DNA of 64,000 nt, taken from an uncultured Candidatus Saccharibacteria bacterium. Lineage in GTDB: Bacteria > Patescibacteriota > Minisyncoccia > RBG-13-40-8-A. The stretch spans positions 14,224 to 78,223 of the forward strand of contig OZ246412.1 of NCBI GenBank assembly GCA_965231075.1, read 5' to 3'. Made by a program: the position numbers and the translations under genes. Positions 1 through 8,850 of the stretch are shown piece by piece. Below the pieces are notes generated by a model. That model made no database searches, had not been told where the DNA came from, and was given only the letters and a program-made list of their open reading frames with translations. Numbering within the stretch: the stretch's first letter is position 1; every line of letters begins with the position of its first letter.

Positions 1-253
1 CACATTGATTACAGGGCCCTTGGTTGCAATTTATAGTTTTACAGTTTATAAAAAGGTTAAAGAATTAAAAGGTGGCAATGTATTGGAACCCAAAAAAAGC
101 ACGGGTACAATAATTTCCCTGATCGCATTTTTGGGAATTCTGTTATTAATTGGCGGGATGATATTTGGCGGAGCAAAATTAATTAAATCATTTAGGGGTG
201 GTAATAGCATCCCGAATATTGAATTTAATTCTAATTATTATTTAAATCAATAA
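1..253 (+). CDS. small membrane protein (ORF begins with TTG at 5; may be 5'-partial, running in from upstream of the window)
   Basis: ORF track 5..253; hydrophobic segment IISLIAFLGILLLIGGMIFGG; no recognisable family. Confidence 0.3.
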   Translation, partial: TLITGPLVAIYSFTVYKKVKELKGGNVLEPKKSTGTIISLIAFLGILLLIGGMIFGGAKLIKSFRGGNSIPNIEFNSNYYLNQ

Positions 254-287
254 CAAAAAGGTCGTTAATTAGTAAATTCACAAAAAC

Positions 288-659
288 ATGTTTTATTCAT
301 TATTTGGTTTGGGATTCGTAGCAGGATTCTTGATCGTTGTGGGAATTCTTTTCCTATTGGTGAATCTGGGCGTAATTAGTGCTGCAGTTTGGGCATGGTG
401 GCCAATTCTTTTGGTTGTCGTTGGAATTTATATTCTGACTCTAAAGAAGAGAAGAAAGAAAATTGCCGTGCACAATATTTTCTCCAAACTTGCTTCGGAC
501 GACAGAATTCAATCGAAACTTAATAAAATCATTGAAACCGTTGATCAGGTTGTTGAAAAAAAGATAGATGAATGGCACGAAGAAGCAACAGGCGAGAAGG
601 AGGAAGAGGAAACAAGAACACATGAAACCCATCACACAAAATCGAAGATCCAGCTATGA
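288..659 (+). CDS. hypothetical membrane protein with charged C-terminal tail
   Basis: ORF track; two predicted TM helices then a K/E-rich tail; its 3' end overlaps the smpB start. Confidence 0.35.
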   Translation: MFYSLFGLGFVAGFLIVVGILFLLVNLGVISAAVWAWWPILLVVVGIYILTLKKRRKKIAVHNIFSKLASDDRIQSKLNKIIETVDQVVEKKIDEWHEEATGEKEEEETRTHETHHTKSKIQL

Positions 660-1059
660 TTATGAAATATTAGAAACTTACGAGGCCGGTTTAGTGCTTT
701 TTGGTTTTGAAGTAAAAGCGATTAAAACCGGCCATGTTAGTTTAACGGGTTCATTTGTGACAACAAAGAACGGAGAGCTTTTTTTGACGAACGCTCTAAT
801 TCCACCTTACCAGCCCCAAAATACGCCAATCGATTATGATCAATCGCGACCGAGAAAACTTTTATTAAATAAATCAGAAATCAACTCTTTAATTGGTAAA
901 TTAAAAGTAAAAGGGTTGACATTAGTGCCAATTCGGTTATATACTAAGAGGAACAGAATAAAGTTGGAATTCGGGGTCGCTAAAGGAAAGAAGAAATCCG
1001 ACAAAAGAGAAGCGATAAAGAAAAGAGATGCAGAAAGAGAGATGCAAAGGGGGCGCTAG
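622..1059 (+). CDS. smpB: SsrA-binding protein SmpB
   Basis: Translation from internal ATG 622 (MKPITQNRRSSYDYEILETYEAGLVL...GSFVTTKNGELFLTNALIPPYQ...) matches SmpB throughout; tmRNA follows immediately. Confidence 0.85.
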   Translation: MKPITQNRRSSYDYEILETYEAGLVLFGFEVKAIKTGHVSLTGSFVTTKNGELFLTNALIPPYQPQNTPIDYDQSRPRKLLLNKSEINSLIGKLKVKGLTLVPIRLYTKRNRIKLEFGVAKGKKKSDKREAIKKRDAEREMQRGR

Positions 1060-1402
1060 GTTTCGATCGAAGATCTTTTTAAAACAAGCAAATCGAGGAT
1101 TCTAGTATCTCGCTAAAATCTAGAAAAAATAAACGCAAATACAAATTTTGCTTTTGCCACAGCTTAATTTAAGTTGAGGCCACTTCGACGGAGATTCTCA
1201 ATAGGCTGTTGAAGTGTTATAGTGCCATAAGGCACTTGAGATAGATATTGCAATGCCCAAGTTGTAATATTGAAAGTAATTGGGTCGGATTATTCAAATT
1301 TTTGTTTGTTTATGATTTGAATAATTAAGTAAACAAACTACATTTGTAGAATTGTTTTAAATTGTTTTCAAGACGCGGGTTCGACTCCCGCCGTCTCCAC
1401 CA
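1049..1402 (+). ncRNA. ssrA: tmRNA (SsrA)
   Basis: 5' GGGGGCG pairs with 3' CGUCUCC (including G-U pairs), followed by ACCA at 1399-1402. T-arm GCGGGTTCGACTCCCGC at 1376-1392. Internal tag reading frame ~1135-1167 gives ANTNFAFATA-stop (Ala/Phe-rich C-terminus typical of tmRNA tags). Lies directly 3' of smpB, overlapping its stop codon. Confidence 0.8.
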
Positions 1403-1427
1403 AAATTAAACTAATTAAATATAATAA

Positions 1428-2051
1428 ATGTTTCAAAAAAAACCATTTTTTAAGCCAGCATTCAGACCAACAGGAGGTCGACCATACAATCGATTTGACA
1501 ATAGGTTTGTAAAACAAAACAAAGACAGGATTAACGAACAGATTAAATCTCCAGAGGTGAGGGTGATTGATGAACAAGGAACCAATTTAGGGGTTTTAAA
1601 CACACAAGAAGCCATAACAATGGCCAAAGACAGAGGATTAGACTTAGTAGAAATTACAGAGAATGTTCAGCCACCAATTTGTAAAATTATCGATTACGGA
1701 AAATATAAATACATTCAAGAGAAAAAAGACAAAAAACAACAATCAAGTCACAAAAAAATAGAAACAAAAGGCGTGAGAATTAGCTTAACGATATCTCCTC
1801 ATGACTTAGAGATTAGAGCTAATCAAATAGAGAAATTTTTTAAAGAAGGTCACAAGGTCAGAGTGGAAATGAAGCTAAAAGGGAGAGAAAAAGCTCATTT
1901 CGATCTAGCTAAAGAAAAATTAGAATCATTTATAAGTACCATTCCCAAGGGAGCGAAAAAAGAAGAAGAAATTAAGCGTAGCCCTCAAGGATTGGCAGTA
2001 ACTATATGTCAGGCAAAACAAGAGGATCGGTCACAAAACGATTCAAAATAA
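1428..2051 (+). CDS. infC: translation initiation factor IF-3
   Basis: EVRVIDEQGTNLGVLNTQEAITMAKDRGLDLVEI...PPICKIIDYGKYKY matches the IF-3 N- and C-domains; true start codon uncertain (IF-3 often uses non-ATG starts). Confidence 0.85.
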   Translation: MFQKKPFFKPAFRPTGGRPYNRFDNRFVKQNKDRINEQIKSPEVRVIDEQGTNLGVLNTQEAITMAKDRGLDLVEITENVQPPICKIIDYGKYKYIQEKKDKKQQSSHKKIETKGVRISLTISPHDLEIRANQIEKFFKEGHKVRVEMKLKGREKAHFDLAKEKLESFISTIPKGAKKEEEIKRSPQGLAVTICQAKQEDRSQNDSK

Positions 2052-2203
2052 CAAAAAATAAAAAAGTAATTCATCGATCGCGAAATCAGAACCATTTAAA
2101 TTCGAAAGAATCCGGTGATGAAAAGCGAACCAAGAGACACTCAAAAACTGTCGAAACCCAAACCAGAATGGTTCGGAACATTGTTGAGTTTAAAAACAGA
2201 TAA
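2006..2203 (+). CDS. rpmI: 50S ribosomal protein L35
   Basis: KTRGSVTKRFKITKNKKVIHRSRNQNHL is L35-like; conserved infC-rpmI-rplT order; overlaps the infC 3' end by 46 nt. Confidence 0.7.
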   Translation: MSGKTRGSVTKRFKITKNKKVIHRSRNQNHLNSKESGDEKRTKRHSKTVETQTRMVRNIVEFKNR

Positions 2204-2208
2204 AATTT

Positions 2209-2559
2209 ATGACTAGAGTTAAAAGAGGCGTCCAAAAACGCGCCAGAAAAAAGAAAATTATAAAGCTTGCTAAGGGATTTAAATGGCAGAGAAAGTCCAA
2301 CTATCGTGCAGCTAAGGATGCTCTAAGGCACGCCTGGACTTACGCTTATCGCGACAGAAGAAACAAGAAACGAAGTTTTCGTAATCTTTGGAACATTAAA
2401 ATTAATGCTATTTGTCGAGAAAACGGAATATCTTATAGTAGATTTATTAACGCCATTAAGGCAGCTAATATTATTATTGATAGGAAGATTCTATCGCAGC
2501 TGGCCGAAAATTATCCCGAAACATTTAAGAAGATATTAGATGAAATTAAGACGAAATAA
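2209..2559 (+). CDS. rplT: 50S ribosomal protein L20
   Basis: MTRVKRGVQKRARKKKIIKLAKGF...RAAKDALRHAWTYAYRDRRNKKR is canonical L20. Confidence 0.9.
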   Translation: MTRVKRGVQKRARKKKIIKLAKGFKWQRKSNYRAAKDALRHAWTYAYRDRRNKKRSFRNLWNIKINAICRENGISYSRFINAIKAANIIIDRKILSQLAENYPETFKKILDEIKTK

Positions 2560-2574
2560 ACTAGAGATAATTAA

Positions 2575-2602
2575 GGGCCCCGCTGCGGCGGGGCCCTTTT
2601 AA
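2575..2602 (+). terminator. rho-independent terminator after rplT
   Basis: GGGCCCCGCTGCGGCGGGGCCC hairpin followed by TTTT. Confidence 0.6.
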
Positions 2603-2631
2603 ATTAAGTTGAATTAAGTTAGAATTAAAAT

Positions 2632-4353
2632 ATGACAATTAGGTCGGAAATAAAGGAGATGATCTCCAAAATAGTAGGAGAAGGTATTCAGTTTACAGTT
2701 GAAATCCCCGAGAATACAAGTTATGGCGACTATGCTACAAATGTCGCTATGATTTTGGCAAAAAAAGAAAAACGTAATCCGGCTGAAATTGCCAAAGAAA
2801 TTGAATCGAAGATAAAGAGTGAAATTTTCGAAAAAACCGAATTTGTTAATGGTTTTATTAATTTTCACTTAAAGCCAGAGTTTATTCAAAATCAGGTCAA
2901 AGAAATTCTAAAACAAAATAAAAAGTACGGGAGCAGCAAGGTCGGCAAAGGCAAAACGATTATAATAGATTATTCTGCACCAAATATTGCAAAGAAAATG
3001 CACGTTGGCCATTTAAGATCAACTATAATCGGTGCTGCGATTTACAATATTTATAAGTTTTTAGGGTATAAAGTTATTGGTGACAATCATCTAGGGGATT
3101 GGGGTACGCAATTTGGAATAATGATATCGGCAATTAAACTGTTTTATGCACCATATAAAGGGCTTGAGAAAGACAAAAAAATGCAGAGCCTCAAAAATCT
3201 TACGGTTTCTGATATGCTTAATCTTTATGTGGACTATAACAAAAAGATGGAAGATTCTGCTAACGGATTGACAGATCTGCCCAGAGAAGAATTCAAAAAA
3301 CTCGAGGACGGAGATGAAGAGAATAAGGCAATTTGGAGCGTATTGAGAAAAAAATCGCTTGAAGAGTTTGATAAAATTTATAACATATTAGGCATCGAGT
3401 TTGACGAATACAAAGGAGAAAGTCATTACGAACCAATTTTAAAAGAAATAATTAAAGATTGTGAAAATTTAGACAAAAAATATTATTTTCAAAGTGGTGA
3501 CGCTTTTCTGATTGATCTGAATGAATTTAACATGGCCCCTCTCTTAATGAAAAAGTCTGATGGCGCTACACTTTATGCTACGAGGGAACTTGCGACAATA
3601 AAAGAAAGAGTCAAAGATAATCCAGATAAAATAATTTATGTTGTTGGCAATGAACAATCTTTACATTTTCAACAATCTTTTCAAGCAGCTGAATTGTTGG
3701 GATATATCTCTAAAAACAAACTTGTTCACGTTAAGTTTGGACTTATCTTGGACGAAAATCACAAAAAATTAGCCACTAGGTCGGGAAAATTTATTGGCGC
3801 AGAAGACCTGATTAATCAAATAATTGAATTGGCAGAAAAAATTATAAAAGAAAAAAACCCTTCGTTGTCAGAAAAAGCAAGAGAGGAGGCTGCTAAGGTT
3901 ATCGGTATTGGTGCGTTAAAATATAACGATCTTTCTCAAAATCGACAAAGTGACATTGTCTTTGATTGGGACAAAATGCTAAGTTTTGATGGAAATTCTG
4001 CCCCATATATACTATATACATACGTGAGATTGCAAAGCATTATAGGAAAGACTAAATTTGCGGGAAGTTTTGATTCGGAATTTTTAAAGGAAACCGAAGA
4101 GTTAAATGTTGTAAAGGAATTAATTAAATTTTCCGATGTAATTGAAAATTCGGCAGAAAGTTTTCAGATGAACAATTTGGCAAATTATCTTTATGGTTTG
4201 GCAAGCGTAGTTAATAATTTTTATGAAAAATTTAACATATTAAAAGTAAATCATGACATTCGGTCGGCTCGATTGGCGTTAATAAAAGCTGTTACCATTG
4301 TTTTGAAAAACGGGTTAAATTTACTAGGTATAAACACCATCGAAAAGATGTAA
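2632..4353 (+). CDS. argS: arginyl-tRNA synthetase
   Basis: HVGHLRSTIIG (HIGH motif), class I Rossmann fold, C-terminal DALR-like domain; 573 aa. Confidence 0.9.
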   Translation: MTIRSEIKEMISKIVGEGIQFTVEIPENTSYGDYATNVAMILAKKEKRNPAEIAKEIESKIKSEIFEKTEFVNGFINFHLKPEFIQNQVKEILKQNKKYGSSKVGKGKTIIIDYSAPNIAKKMHVGHLRSTIIGAAIYNIYKFLGYKVIGDNHLGDWGTQFGIMISAIKLFYAPYKGLEKDKKMQSLKNLTVSDMLNLYVDYNKKMEDSANGLTDLPREEFKKLEDGDEENKAIWSVLRKKSLEEFDKIYNILGIEFDEYKGESHYEPILKEIIKDCENLDKKYYFQSGDAFLIDLNEFNMAPLLMKKSDGATLYATRELATIKERVKDNPDKIIYVVGNEQSLHFQQSFQAAELLGYISKNKLVHVKFGLILDENHKKLATRSGKFIGAEDLINQIIELAEKIIKEKNPSLSEKAREEAAKVIGIGALKYNDLSQNRQSDIVFDWDKMLSFDGNSAPYILYTYVRLQSIIGKTKFAGSFDSEFLKETEELNVVKELIKFSDVIENSAESFQMNNLANYLYGLASVVNNFYEKFNILKVNHDIRSARLALIKAVTIVLKNGLNLLGINTIEKM

Positions 4354-4356
4354 TTT

Positions 4357-4926
4357 ATGAAATTTAATAATCAATATTATATTCTCCGTCACGGAAGAGC
4401 AATTTCTAACGAACAGAGAATTGTCAGTTCTTGGCCAGAGAAATTCGAAAACCCATTAACCGAAGAAGGAAAAAAACAGATCAACGAAATAGCATCTGAA
4501 ATTGAAAAGCTAAACATTGACCTAATTTTTGCTTCCGATCTATTGCGCACAAAACAAACCGCAGAAATTATCGCCGACGCATTAAAATTAGAAATAATTT
4601 TTGATAAAAGATTGCGCGAAATAGATATGGGAATTTTTAATGGTGGCTCGGAAGACGCATGGAACGAATTTTATGAATGCGATTCTCAAAGGTTTATCAA
4701 AAAACCAAAAGATGGCGGAGAAAATTACAGAGAAGTTAAACAGAGAGTAGGAGATTTTATTGAAGAAATTGACAAAAAATATGAAAATAAAAACATTTTA
4801 ATTGTGAGTCATGGTTGCGTTTTGTTTAGTTTGCAGGCGACTGCCAATGGGCAGACCGAAGAACAAGAAATGTCCTGTCGCAGCGATTTAATTATGAGAA
4901 ACGGCGAATTGCGTAAATTAAATTAA
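4357..4926 (+). CDS. histidine phosphatase family protein (phosphoglycerate mutase-like)
   Basis: N-terminal YILRHGRAISNE (RHG catalytic motif) and SHG near the C-terminus. Confidence 0.7.
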   Translation: MKFNNQYYILRHGRAISNEQRIVSSWPEKFENPLTEEGKKQINEIASEIEKLNIDLIFASDLLRTKQTAEIIADALKLEIIFDKRLREIDMGIFNGGSEDAWNEFYECDSQRFIKKPKDGGENYREVKQRVGDFIEEIDKKYENKNILIVSHGCVLFSLQATANGQTEEQEMSCRSDLIMRNGELRKLN

Positions 4927-4927
4927 T

Positions 4928-7723
4928 ATGGAAAAAATTTCAGACATAGAGAAGAAAATATTAGAATTTTGGAAAGAAAATAAAATCTTTGAAAAATCCC
5001 TGATGAAGAAACCCTCCTCCACTAAAACTTCGGCGGGCAAGGATTATGTTTTTTATGATGGTCCGCCATTTGCGACAGGAACACCACATTATGGACACAT
5101 TGTGGCGTCTTTAATGAAAGATATGGTGCCACGCTTTTGGACAATGCGTGGTTACCGAGTCGAAAGAAAATGGGGTTGGGATTGCCATGGCTTACCAATA
5201 GAGAATATTGTTGAACAAGAACTGGGTTTAAAAAATAAAAAAGACATCATATCAATTGGCGTTGATAAATTTAATGAAACAGCCAGAAGTAAGGTTTTAA
5301 AATATGTTGATGAATGGAAGAAAGTAATTGAAAGAATGGGTAGGTGGGCGGACATGGACAACGCCTACAAAACCATGGACTTAAATTACATGGAAAGTAT
5401 CTGGTGGGTATTTAAACAATTGTGGGACAAAGAACTTATATATGAAGGATATAAATCAATGCACATTTGCCCGAGATGCGAAACAACTCTTTCGCAATTC
5501 GAGGTCAGTGATAATTACAAAGACGTTAAAGATCTATCGGTAATAGCGAAATTTGAACTCGTAAACGAACCAGGAACCTATGTTCTGGCATGGACGACTA
5601 CCCCCTGGACGTTAATTGGCAATGTTGCATTGGCAATTGGCGAAAAATTGAACTATATTAAAGTCGAACATAATAATGAACTCTATATTTTAGTCGATCA
5701 AAATGTCGATAAAATTTTTAATAATAAAAAACATGAAATTGTTGAAAAAATTGACCCCAAAGACTTGATTGGTAAAAAATACAAATCATTGTTTGATTAT
5801 TATCTTAACGAGGACCTACCAAATAAAGAAAATCTTTATACGATTGTTTCTGCCGATTTTGTGACCACCGAAGATGGTACGGGCGTCGTGCATATTGCCC
5901 CTGCGTTCGGAGAAGAGGATATGAATTTAGGTAAAGAAAAAAAATTATCTTTTATTCAGCACGTTAAAATGAACGGACAAATCACCGATGAGGCCAAAGA
6001 ATTTGCCGGACTAGAAGTTAAACCAAAAAACGATCCCTCTGCCACCGACAGAAAGGTGATTGAATATTTAAAAAATAAAAATTTACTATTTTTAGAAGAA
6101 GAATATGCTCACAGTTATCCTTATTGTTATCGTTGCGATTCTCCACTTCTAAATTATGCTACTTCTTCATTATTCGTAAACGTAACAGAATTAAAAGACA
6201 AGGCACTTAAACATGCCAAGAGGATAAACTGGACGCCAACACACATAAAAGAAGGGAGGTTTGGTAATTGGTTAGAAGGGGCGCGCGATTGGTCAATTTC
6301 GCGTCAAAGATTTTGGGGTTCAGTAATTCCAATTTGGGTTTGTGATAAGTGCAAGAAGAAAGTGGTGGTTGGTTCAATCAAAGAATTGGAAAAATTGAGC
6401 AGTGTGAAAGTCACAGATTTACACAAACATTTTATTGATAAGATAGAATTTTCGTGTAGTTGCGACGGAAGCATGAAACGAGTTCCCGATGTCTTAGATT
6501 GCTGGTTTGAATCTGGCTCAATGCCATACGCTCAAATGCATTATCCGTTTGAAAATAAAGAAAAATTCGAGAAAAATTTTCCCGCCGAATTTATTGCCGA
6601 AGGAGTTGATCAGACCCGTGCCTGGTTTTACTATATGCATATTTTGTCGACCGCGGTTAAAAACAGCGAAGCATTCAAAAATGTAATTGTGAATGGAATG
6701 GTTTTAGCGGAAGATGGCAAAAAAATGTCGAAACATCTAAACAACTATCCCGACCCGATGGAGGTTTTTGAAAAACACGGGGCTGATGCCGTACGATATT
6801 ACCTAGCCACATCGCCAGTGGTGAAAGCAGATGATTTGTGTTTTTCAGAAAAAGGAGTCGACGAAGTCGTTAAAAAAGTTTTACTGATGATTTTAAATAT
6901 TTTGTCTTTCTATAAACTATCCGCAACCGACACAAAAGAAAGCACAAAAAGCGAGGACATATTAGACAAATGGATTATCTCCAAAACAGAATCTTTGAAA
7001 AAAGAAGTAACCAATGGTTATGAAAATTACGATCTAAACAAGGCCACAAAACCAATTTCTGGATTTATTGATGAATTATCGACCTGGTATGTGCGTAGAT
7101 CCAGGGAAAGATTCAAATCTGAAAACAAAGACGAGGCAGTGCAAACATTAAAATATGTATTATTAGAACTATCTAAAGTAATCGCTCCGGTAGTGCCGTT
7201 TATAGCAGAACACGTATATAAAGAAGTGGGAGGCAACCAAAATAGTGTGCACTTAGAAGATTGGCCAAAAGTGAATGAAAAATTAATCGACGAAAAATTG
7301 GAAGAACAGATGGTGCAAGTGCGAGATATTTGTAGTGCGGGATTACAAAAAAGGGCGGAGGCAAATTTAAAAGTTCGACAACCTTTAGCCAAAATCCAAA
7401 TTCCAAATTATAAATTACAAAAAGAATTACTCGACTTAATCAAAGACGAGGTTAATGTAAAAGAGGTTGTAGCAGACCTAAAAGAGGGAGTGGCACTTGA
7501 TACCACTATCACCGAAGAACTCAAAGCAGAGGGCGCTGTGAGGGATTTTGTGCGCACTATTCAATCAAAACGTAAGGAAATGGGTCTGACGCCGAAGGAC
7601 AAGATTCGGGTAATTTATTCAGAGAATAAGGAAATTGTTGAAAAATACACCGATCAAATCAAGAAACAAGTAATTGCTGAAGAAATTATTTTCGGCAACG
7701 AATTCAAAATAGAAAAAATATAG
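4928..7723 (+). CDS. ileS: isoleucyl-tRNA synthetase
   Basis: PHYGHIVASLMKD (HIGH), KMSKHL (KMSKS), editing-domain and zinc-cysteine clusters; 931 aa. Confidence 0.9.
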   Translation: MEKISDIEKKILEFWKENKIFEKSLMKKPSSTKTSAGKDYVFYDGPPFATGTPHYGHIVASLMKDMVPRFWTMRGYRVERKWGWDCHGLPIENIVEQELGLKNKKDIISIGVDKFNETARSKVLKYVDEWKKVIERMGRWADMDNAYKTMDLNYMESIWWVFKQLWDKELIYEGYKSMHICPRCETTLSQFEVSDNYKDVKDLSVIAKFELVNEPGTYVLAWTTTPWTLIGNVALAIGEKLNYIKVEHNNELYILVDQNVDKIFNNKKHEIVEKIDPKDLIGKKYKSLFDYYLNEDLPNKENLYTIVSADFVTTEDGTGVVHIAPAFGEEDMNLGKEKKLSFIQHVKMNGQITDEAKEFAGLEVKPKNDPSATDRKVIEYLKNKNLLFLEEEYAHSYPYCYRCDSPLLNYATSSLFVNVTELKDKALKHAKRINWTPTHIKEGRFGNWLEGARDWSISRQRFWGSVIPIWVCDKCKKKVVVGSIKELEKLSSVKVTDLHKHFIDKIEFSCSCDGSMKRVPDVLDCWFESGSMPYAQMHYPFENKEKFEKNFPAEFIAEGVDQTRAWFYYMHILSTAVKNSEAFKNVIVNGMVLAEDGKKMSKHLNNYPDPMEVFEKHGADAVRYYLATSPVVKADDLCFSEKGVDEVVKKVLLMILNILSFYKLSATDTKESTKSEDILDKWIISKTESLKKEVTNGYENYDLNKATKPISGFIDELSTWYVRRSRERFKSENKDEAVQTLKYVLLELSKVIAPVVPFIAEHVYKEVGGNQNSVHLEDWPKVNEKLIDEKLEEQMVQVRDICSAGLQKRAEANLKVRQPLAKIQIPNYKLQKELLDLIKDEVNVKEVVADLKEGVALDTTITEELKAEGAVRDFVRTIQSKRKEMGLTPKDKIRVIYSENKEIVEKYTDQIKKQVIAEEIIFGNEFKIEKI

Positions 7724-7765
7724 AGCAAACTACAAAATTTTGATCACAATAATTTGTCATACGTA

Positions 7766-7794
7766 TTGACAAATTTTTGTTTTAGGAGTACAAT
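7766..7794 (+). promoter_or_regulatory. sigma70-type promoter: TTGACA - 17 bp - TACAAT
   Basis: Exact -35 and near-consensus -10 with 17-bp spacer, followed by AAGGAG Shine-Dalgarno at 7803 and ATG at 7815. Confidence 0.5.
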
Positions 7795-7814
7795 ATACAA
7801 CAAGGAGAATAAAA

Positions 7815-8279
7815 ATGAGAAAAAATGCGAAGGTGTCTGTTCTTTTCATCGTCATGGTGGTCGTGTTCGCCGGGTGCATACAACCACCTCAAATCGCAGA
7901 AGCCCAGGCCTTAATTGCCGAGCTCATGAAATTGGATGCAGGCACATATGCCCCCAAAGAATTCATGAAGATTCAAGGCGACATGAACAAGGCTATGGAC
8001 GAAGTCATGGCCCAGGACAAGAAATTTTTCAAGAAATATGGCTACGCCAGAGAGGCATTAGACAAAGTAATATATGAAGCCAGAGACCTTAAAACAAAAA
8101 TGCCCGATAAAAAGTATGACTACGAAAAAAACAATTATCGGGGCAACAATGATGAGCGCAAGATCCTCGGGCAAGCTGTTTTGATTCTGCGAAACGGAGA
8201 CACTCGTCTCGAGGAGCTGATTGCCGACATGATAGAAGACGTCATTTCTTATCGCTTCGGAGGGAGCGAGAAGAAATAG
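7815..8279 (+). CDS. predicted lipoprotein, compositionally atypical (GC-rich) gene
   Basis: Signal peptide with lipobox VFAG-C; ~46% GC coding sequence against a ~32% background; own promoter and terminator. Confidence 0.6.
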   Translation: MRKNAKVSVLFIVMVVVFAGCIQPPQIAEAQALIAELMKLDAGTYAPKEFMKIQGDMNKAMDEVMAQDKKFFKKYGYAREALDKVIYEARDLKTKMPDKKYDYEKNNYRGNNDERKILGQAVLILRNGDTRLEELIADMIEDVISYRFGGSEKK

Positions 8280-8298
8280 TCTGAATCAATTTTTCAGT

Positions 8299-8330
8299 GC
8301 CCCGTGCGCTTGCGCGCGGGGCCTTTTTAT
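8299..8330 (+). terminator. GC-rich hairpin terminator
   Basis: GCCCCGTGCGCTTGCGCGCGGGGC hairpin followed by TTTTT. Confidence 0.55.
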
Positions 8331-8358
8331 TTCTCACAAAATACAATATAATAAAACC

Positions 8359-8829
8359 ATGATTAAGACCGAGGCAATTATACTGAAAACAACCGACCAA
8401 AATGAAACTGGTCGGCTTTTGACGGTTTATTCAGAGAAATTAGGCAAAATCAACGTGCAAGCTAAGGGGGTAAAAAAAATCGAAAGTAAACTGCGTGGAC
8501 ATATTGAGGCCATATCTTATAGTCAATTAATTATCGTAGAAGGAAAAAACTCTTTAATTCTAAAAGACGCGTATTTATTAAATCAATTTCTGAATATCAA
8601 AAAAAGCCTAGAAAAAATAAAAGTCGCCAAACGAATTGCCAATTTAATTGATGAGGCTATGGTTGGACAGGAAAGAGATGAAAGCGTATGGAAATTAATT
8701 TTGGGAACATTTGAAACGCTAAACAATGATGTAAATGTTAAAGATGTTGTAATTGTTTTTGAAAAGAAGTTAATTAATCTTTTGGGCTACGACTCCGAAC
8801 ATATGCGCGAAATAGAAAACTTGTATTAA
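8359..8829 (+). CDS. recO: RecO-like recombination mediator (short form, lacks C-terminal zinc domain)
   Basis: N-terminal OB-fold pattern (EAIILKTTDQNETGRLLTVYSEKLGKINVQAKGVKK...RGHIEAISYSQLIIVEG...) then helical region with ...LINLLGY, resembling RecO. Confidence 0.5.
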   Translation: MIKTEAIILKTTDQNETGRLLTVYSEKLGKINVQAKGVKKIESKLRGHIEAISYSQLIIVEGKNSLILKDAYLLNQFLNIKKSLEKIKVAKRIANLIDEAMVGQERDESVWKLILGTFETLNNDVNVKDVVIVFEKKLINLLGYDSEHMREIENLY

Positions 8830-8850
8830 AAATGATATAATTAAATTATA

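Noticed and set aside
7754-8077. Alternative-frame ORF over the GC-rich lipoprotein gene (and 16994..17269, 17440..17712 over the second GC-rich gene)
   Set aside because: Arg/His-rich translations typical of out-of-frame reading of GC-rich DNA. The signal-peptide frames with SDs are the real genes.
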